Assembly (NCBI GenBank): GCA_951406725.2
Contig: OX597824.1
Span: 29,698,001-29,762,000 of the forward strand
Reading direction: 5' to 3'
DNA: 64,000 nt
Source: Octopus vulgaris
Lineage: Eukaryota
The translations under genes were made by a program, and so were the position numbers. The notes beneath the pieces were generated by a model. That model had not been told where the DNA came from. It saw only the letters and a program-made list of their open reading frames with translations, and ran no database searches. This document shows, piece by piece, positions 59,300 to 64,000 of this stretch. The stretch's first letter is position 1. The number at the start of each line of letters is the position of its first letter.

Positions 59300-60360
59300 A
59301 ATGTCGCCTTCTAAAACAATGGTTTCTCTGAGAAAATAAAATGATATTTACTTCTCATAAACATCCAGAAGCTTCGGAACAAAAGACATAAAATTCCTAA
59401 TTCAGTGTTCAGTTTCAATGTGAAAGCTAACACAACGAAAGAGTTTCTTTGTTCAATAGCTTAACATTTTCCAACGAACCACAAATAACACAAAATGTTC
59501 AAATTATAATGCATTAAAGTGAACTATCCTGCATGTAAAAACTATGCTAGTTCCATCAGAATTCATTGTGGTAAATGGTTCTCTCAGCCAATTATTTCAT
59601 ATTCTTCGGCTAAATAAACCAAGGCATAGTGTGAAAATTACTCCCTGGAAGATAACTGCCTGACAAAATCATTGATATAAAGTATTTTTGAACATTAATT
59701 CGAAGTCGTCATCTTACACTAGATGATTTTAAAAAGTGGACTTATCCGCACCGACACTCCTTTGTTAATATTAAAAAAGAACATTGGTAGCTGTTTTGTG
59801 AAAGTATAGTTGGCTTGTGAGAAACTCATTTCATCAATCATGGACGGGGCACCTTCGTATCACCACATAAGAACCAGATCTGAGATTCACTGTGGCTATT
59901 GTCTATACGAAAGGCTGTTCATTTTCTATTACGATCTAAACTTAAAATATGAATATTTTATCTTCTTGTGGACACGCCCCTCGATACCTTCAGGAAAATC
60001 GCGCATCACCTTAATTTACGACACCAAAAGTAATTGGACTTTAGTCTACGCTGTCAGACCTCCACTGCTGTTTATTTTTCTCACATTTTAGCACCGTAGA
60101 TTTTCTTCCGCTTAAAATTATATCCATCTGTTTATCTACTTAATGCGAATACAACACGGAAAGGCAAATTAACTATGGTATCGTCTGAAGATATCTCTTA
60201 TGGACGTACAGCACTGAAAGCCCAAATACATCAGTAGCATACGAATATTATCCAGCATCGGCAGTGAGGATGCTGGATGAGTATTTCTGCTTCGTTGTGC
60301 TTTGCCGACTGCATCCTTAGACGAAATCCGTCGCTTGTGATATAGGAAAACAGTAATTGC
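59300..60360 (-). pseudogene. Highly decayed hAT (Charlie/Buster-like) transposase
   Basis: Ordered minus-strand fragments across frames: GKA/HNEAEILI (cf. KPHTIAEELI), ISSDDTI (cf. LSNDTI), EGAPSMI (cf. TDGAxxMxG), NWLREPF (cf. WIRNPF), SFWMFMRSKY (dimerisation-domain FW). Confidence 0.55.
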
Positions 60361-61667
60361 ACAAATCATTGTTATTGTGATTAGCCACTCGTCCATAAGC
60401 GATATTATCTCTGGACGAATACCGCTATTAATTTGTCTTTTCACGATGCATTTGCGTTAAGTATGATACATAGATGGATATTTTAATCTAATACTACTTC
60501 TGTTTCATTTAACAGTTTTAAAAAATATAATGTTTATGCATACTTATTAATTTTATCCAATTTTCTGGGGTTTTTTTGTTTACAATCTAATCGAAATTTA
60601 ATTAGGTATTTAATTCCAGAAATTCTGTTTCTCTATCCATATGGAATTTGCTACAATTATTTTTATCATATTATCCGTTTTAACAACTTTAGATATTATG
60701 TATTTTATAGGTAACGCCTTTGACTTAATTAGTTTTTAATGTATCTTTTTATGATTAAATTGCTTTCCAGTCCATATGGGTGCGCAGCCTCGCCTTTCAA
60801 TAAACAAGAATATTTTCTCTATGCATTTATTTATCTCTTATTCTAACAAAATGCCAGGCCGTATTTGCTCCTGCTCTTTACATTCTGAGTTGATGTCAAA
60901 TAAGTCAGCGTCGTATCAGCGACGCCAAAACGTCTTATACCCTGCATGGCATTCGGAATGCAAAAAATCAGAACAGACACTGAAAAACATTTTGTCCAAT
61001 CTATCCCTCTCGCTTGGTTCTATAATCTATTGTAGCCCAAAGATGACCCCGATGGGAGACTCAGAACAAATGCTGCAATGCATTTTGTCTTCCACTCTAA
61101 TGATTCTCCCACATCATAATTAGATTCGGTATATGTGTCGAAACCATAGTGATGTCTGTTAGACAGCTGATGATGGGAATGTGTTTTATATACTTGTTAT
61201 TTGTAAATCTTTTGTATCTTGGAATCCCGTTGTTCTGGGTTGTTCGTTCTTGTAAGGTTAAACTTGTTAAAGGGTTCGTGGTTTATGGGGTTTTCTTGCT
61301 TGAATAATAATACATTAATACTTCATTGTTTTCATTGATTGTTTAATTATACTATAACGCTTAATTCGAGGTTTTTAGTTTTAGGAGGCTTTGCTCCATG
61401 TGCGAGTGTATATATATCTATGTATTATGTATATATGTGTGAGTGTGTGTGTTTATGCACGTATGTCTGTAAGTATGTATGCATGTAAGTATGTATGTAT
61501 GTATGTATGTATATGTGTATGTATGTATGCATGTATGTATGTATGTATGTATGTATGTATATGTGTATGTATGTATGCATGTATGTATGTATGTATGTAT
61601 GTATGTATGTATGTATGTATGTGTATGTATGTATGTATGTATGTACGTACGTACGGCAAAAAGGAAT

Positions 61668-61817
61668 AGTATCTATATTTCAAAGGAACAGCCCTGTCAC
61701 ATTCTGACTCATGCTGAATCTCCGAGAACTACATCAAAGAAACATGTATCTGTGGAGTACAGAGCTACATGCACGTTAATTTCAAAAGCAGGCTGTTCCG
61801 TAACCGATGCAGTCCCA
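61668..61817 (+). mobile_element. SINE tail fragment (related inverted copy at ~44050-44210)
   Basis: gctgaatctccgagaactac...ctgtggagt...gcacgttaatttca...gtaaccgatg. Confidence 0.6.
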
Positions 61818-62923
61818 GTATGTATGTACGCATGCATACATGTTTATGTATGTATGTATGTATGTATGTATATATGTATGTATGTATGTATGTATGTACG
61901 TACGTACGTACGTACGTACGTATGTATGTATGTATGTATGTATGTATGTATGTATGTATGTATGTATGTATGTATGTATATATGTATGTACTGTGGGATT
62001 TTTTCTGGATTCTTTTTCTCGTTATCGTCCGAGAATTTAGAGATCGGAAACAAGAAACTCGGAGTAATGTTTTGCGAAATTTTAAACTTTCAGTAAATAT
62101 ATAAATACTTAGTAATAATAAACTATAATACACACTATAAATGATATATCATATTACAGTATAATATAGTATAATATAGTATATGTATAATCTATAACAT
62201 TGTATATGCATATATTAGTACACATACACACACAAATATACGCACACAAACTCATACGTGCACACACGTACACATACATTCACGCACATGTCTATAACAC
62301 ATGCCTAACAAATGGCTGCTTATCTGGAATCTCAGAAAGAAAGTTACAGAACCGTGAAGTCGATCGCAGCCGATAATAACTGTTTTATTTCCCGAAACGA
62401 AATGGCGGTAACTTTAACTGTTGTGTAAAGTGTGTGGGGGGGGATGAAGGGTTGGTGGAAGCAATGGTATTGGCTGTAGTAGTGGTAATAGCAGTAGTAA
62501 TAGGGGTGGTGGTGGTGGTGGTGGTGGTGGTGGTGGTGGTGTACCAGCATTGTGTTGTGTGTATGTGTGTATGTACATGTTTGTGGGGGGATGAGATGGT
62601 TTGACTGCTGGGTATATACAACTTGTGTCATCACCACAAACCGCTTTAATCGTCGTCGTTATCATCATCATTATCATCGTCGTCGTAATTGTGGTCGTCA
62701 TCATCATCATCATCATCATTAGCAGCATCGTCATCGTCGTCGTCTTCACTTTCAACATCATAATTAAATTTTTCATCACTATCATCATCTTCATCTTCAT
62801 CATCGTCGTCGTTGTCATCTTCACTTTCAGCATCATCACAATGAACTTTTTCATTACTGAAGATCATTAGCCTCATCATCATCTCCCTTATCGTCGCCAT
62901 AGTCGTCGCCATCGTCGTCGTCG

Positions 62924-62992
<69 letters not shown>

Positions 62993-63214
62993 ATATCGTC
63001 GTCGTAGTCGTTGTCATCGTCGTCGCCATCGCCATCGCCTTCGCCATCGCCAACTCAATCCTTATTATAATCGTTATGACACTCCATGTTGTTGTCATCA
63101 CACTAACCATCTATCTACCTTACAGCGTTATCTGGATCTCTATCACCACCAACATCATTATTAATCATCATTTTCACCATCCGCTTCACCATCACCACCA
63201 CCACCACCCACCAC

Positions 63215-63278
<64 letters not shown>

Positions 63279-63489
63279 GTTATCGTCGTCGTTGTTGTCG
63301 TTGATTTGAACATCAACGTATATATATATAAGCATATTACCGCTCTTTAATGCCAGTTAACAAATTTCAGGTTAATTCTAAAACATGGCAGAAGTTTGTT
63401 ATGAATAAGCGATGAGAAAATAAAGCGGAGAATATTACATATATCGGTATACATGCATACATACATAATATATATATATATATATATAT

Positions 63490-63695
63490 GTTGATTCGCT
63501 AGCCTCTGCACGCATTTTTTTCTCTCCTTGTTTCTCTCTCTGTGTTTCTTTTCTGTGTATCTTTCTGTTGAAGAGCGTAGGCTCGAAACGTAAAAGACTT
63601 GTTTTATTTATATTCCTGAGCGCCATACTAATACAATTGTTTGTTTGTATTCCACCTGCCTTCGTCTTTTGTTTATTTTCATAAAGCTTCCTGTT
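63490..63695 (+). mobile_element. Hammerhead-bearing Penelope-like pLTR fragment between (TA)n tracts
   Basis: Homologous to 12010-12170, 55600-55776 and 56041-56220. Confidence 0.75.
63560..63597 (+). ncRNA. Minimal (dimer-type) type I hammerhead, A6U core variant
   Basis: TCTTT-CTGTTGA-A-GAGC GTAG GCTC-GAA-ACGT-A-AAAGA: 5-bp stem I, 4-bp stem II, palindromic ACGT stem III. Confidence 0.7.
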
Positions 63696-63711
63696 ATATA
63701 TATATATATAC

Positions 63712-63994
63712 AACAATTGCAGCGTGGAAGGTGTTTATAAGCCATTTAAGAAACACACAAAAGCCGTTCGATTCACTTCAACATTTGAGTTTAATTTGTC
63801 AAAATATTTTCGTCGCTAAAATCCGCGACCTGTTCACTGACAAAGTCCGTGCAGCACGGACTTTGTCAGTGAACAGGTCGCGGATTTTAGCGACGAAAAT
63901 ATTTTGACAAATTAAACTTAAATGTTGAAGTGAATCGAACGGCTTTTGTGTGTTTCTTAAATGGCTTATAAACACCTTCCACGCTGCAATTGTT
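63712..63994. repeat. 283-bp palindrome (141-bp arms, 1-nt centre at 63853, one mismatch); probable Penelope-like inverted pLTR
   Basis: Direct reverse-complement comparison; preceded by (TA)n; the element probably continues past the window end. Confidence 0.95.
63862..63911 (+). ncRNA. Type I hammerhead with G3:C8 compensatory core (identical mirror at 63795-63844, minus)
   Basis: TTTGTCA-GTGAACA-G-GTCGC ggatttta GCGAC-GAA-AATATT-T-TGACAAA. Confidence 0.75.
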
Positions 63995-64000
63995 TTCGTT

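Noticed and set aside
60250-60278. 10-bp hairpin atccagcatc/gatgctggat
   Set aside because: Isolated short stem inside the hAT relic with no terminator or ribozyme features.
60169-60444. 91-aa ORF as a host gene
   Set aside because: It overlaps frameshifted hAT transposase fragments and has no independent gene features.
61135-61182. GAAAC...hairpin...CTGATGA as a permuted hammerhead (related ctgatgaagggaatg at ~24840-24858, minus)
   Set aside because: The cleavage position would be G, the first stem I pair mismatches and stem II does not pair convincingly.

Overview
Eukaryotic, repeat-saturated, apparently gene-free (intronic or intergenic) DNA. The SINE families and very dense (TA)n/(CATA)n/(ATT)n/(GGT)n microsatellites look like octopus/cephalopod DNA (recognition from memory, not a database hit). 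Nearly all listed ORFs are microsatellite artefacts. The real coding remnants are all transposon-derived: a 5'-truncated but uninterrupted Dong/R4-type RLE LINE (46882-48351, minus), stacked RLE-LINE 3' ends, a CR1-group LINE 3' end, three mariner relics and a hAT (Charlie/Buster-like) relic. A non-coding Tc1-like MITE is also present. The most notable signal is about a dozen type I hammerhead-ribozyme motifs in at least six unrelated sequence contexts. Several have non-canonical cores (G3:C8 swap, U4C, A6U). They occur as back-to-back pairs in palindromes (Penelope-like inverted pseudo-LTR architecture), in a 354-bp terminally redundant retrozyme-like unit, and as the tail of a tRNA-headed SINE. 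A second theme is recurrent local inverted/templated duplication next to (TA)n tracts, and Nin-domain SINEs that insert into each other and move as multimers. Coordinates were read by eye and may be off by a few bases; no ribozyme activity is demonstrated.
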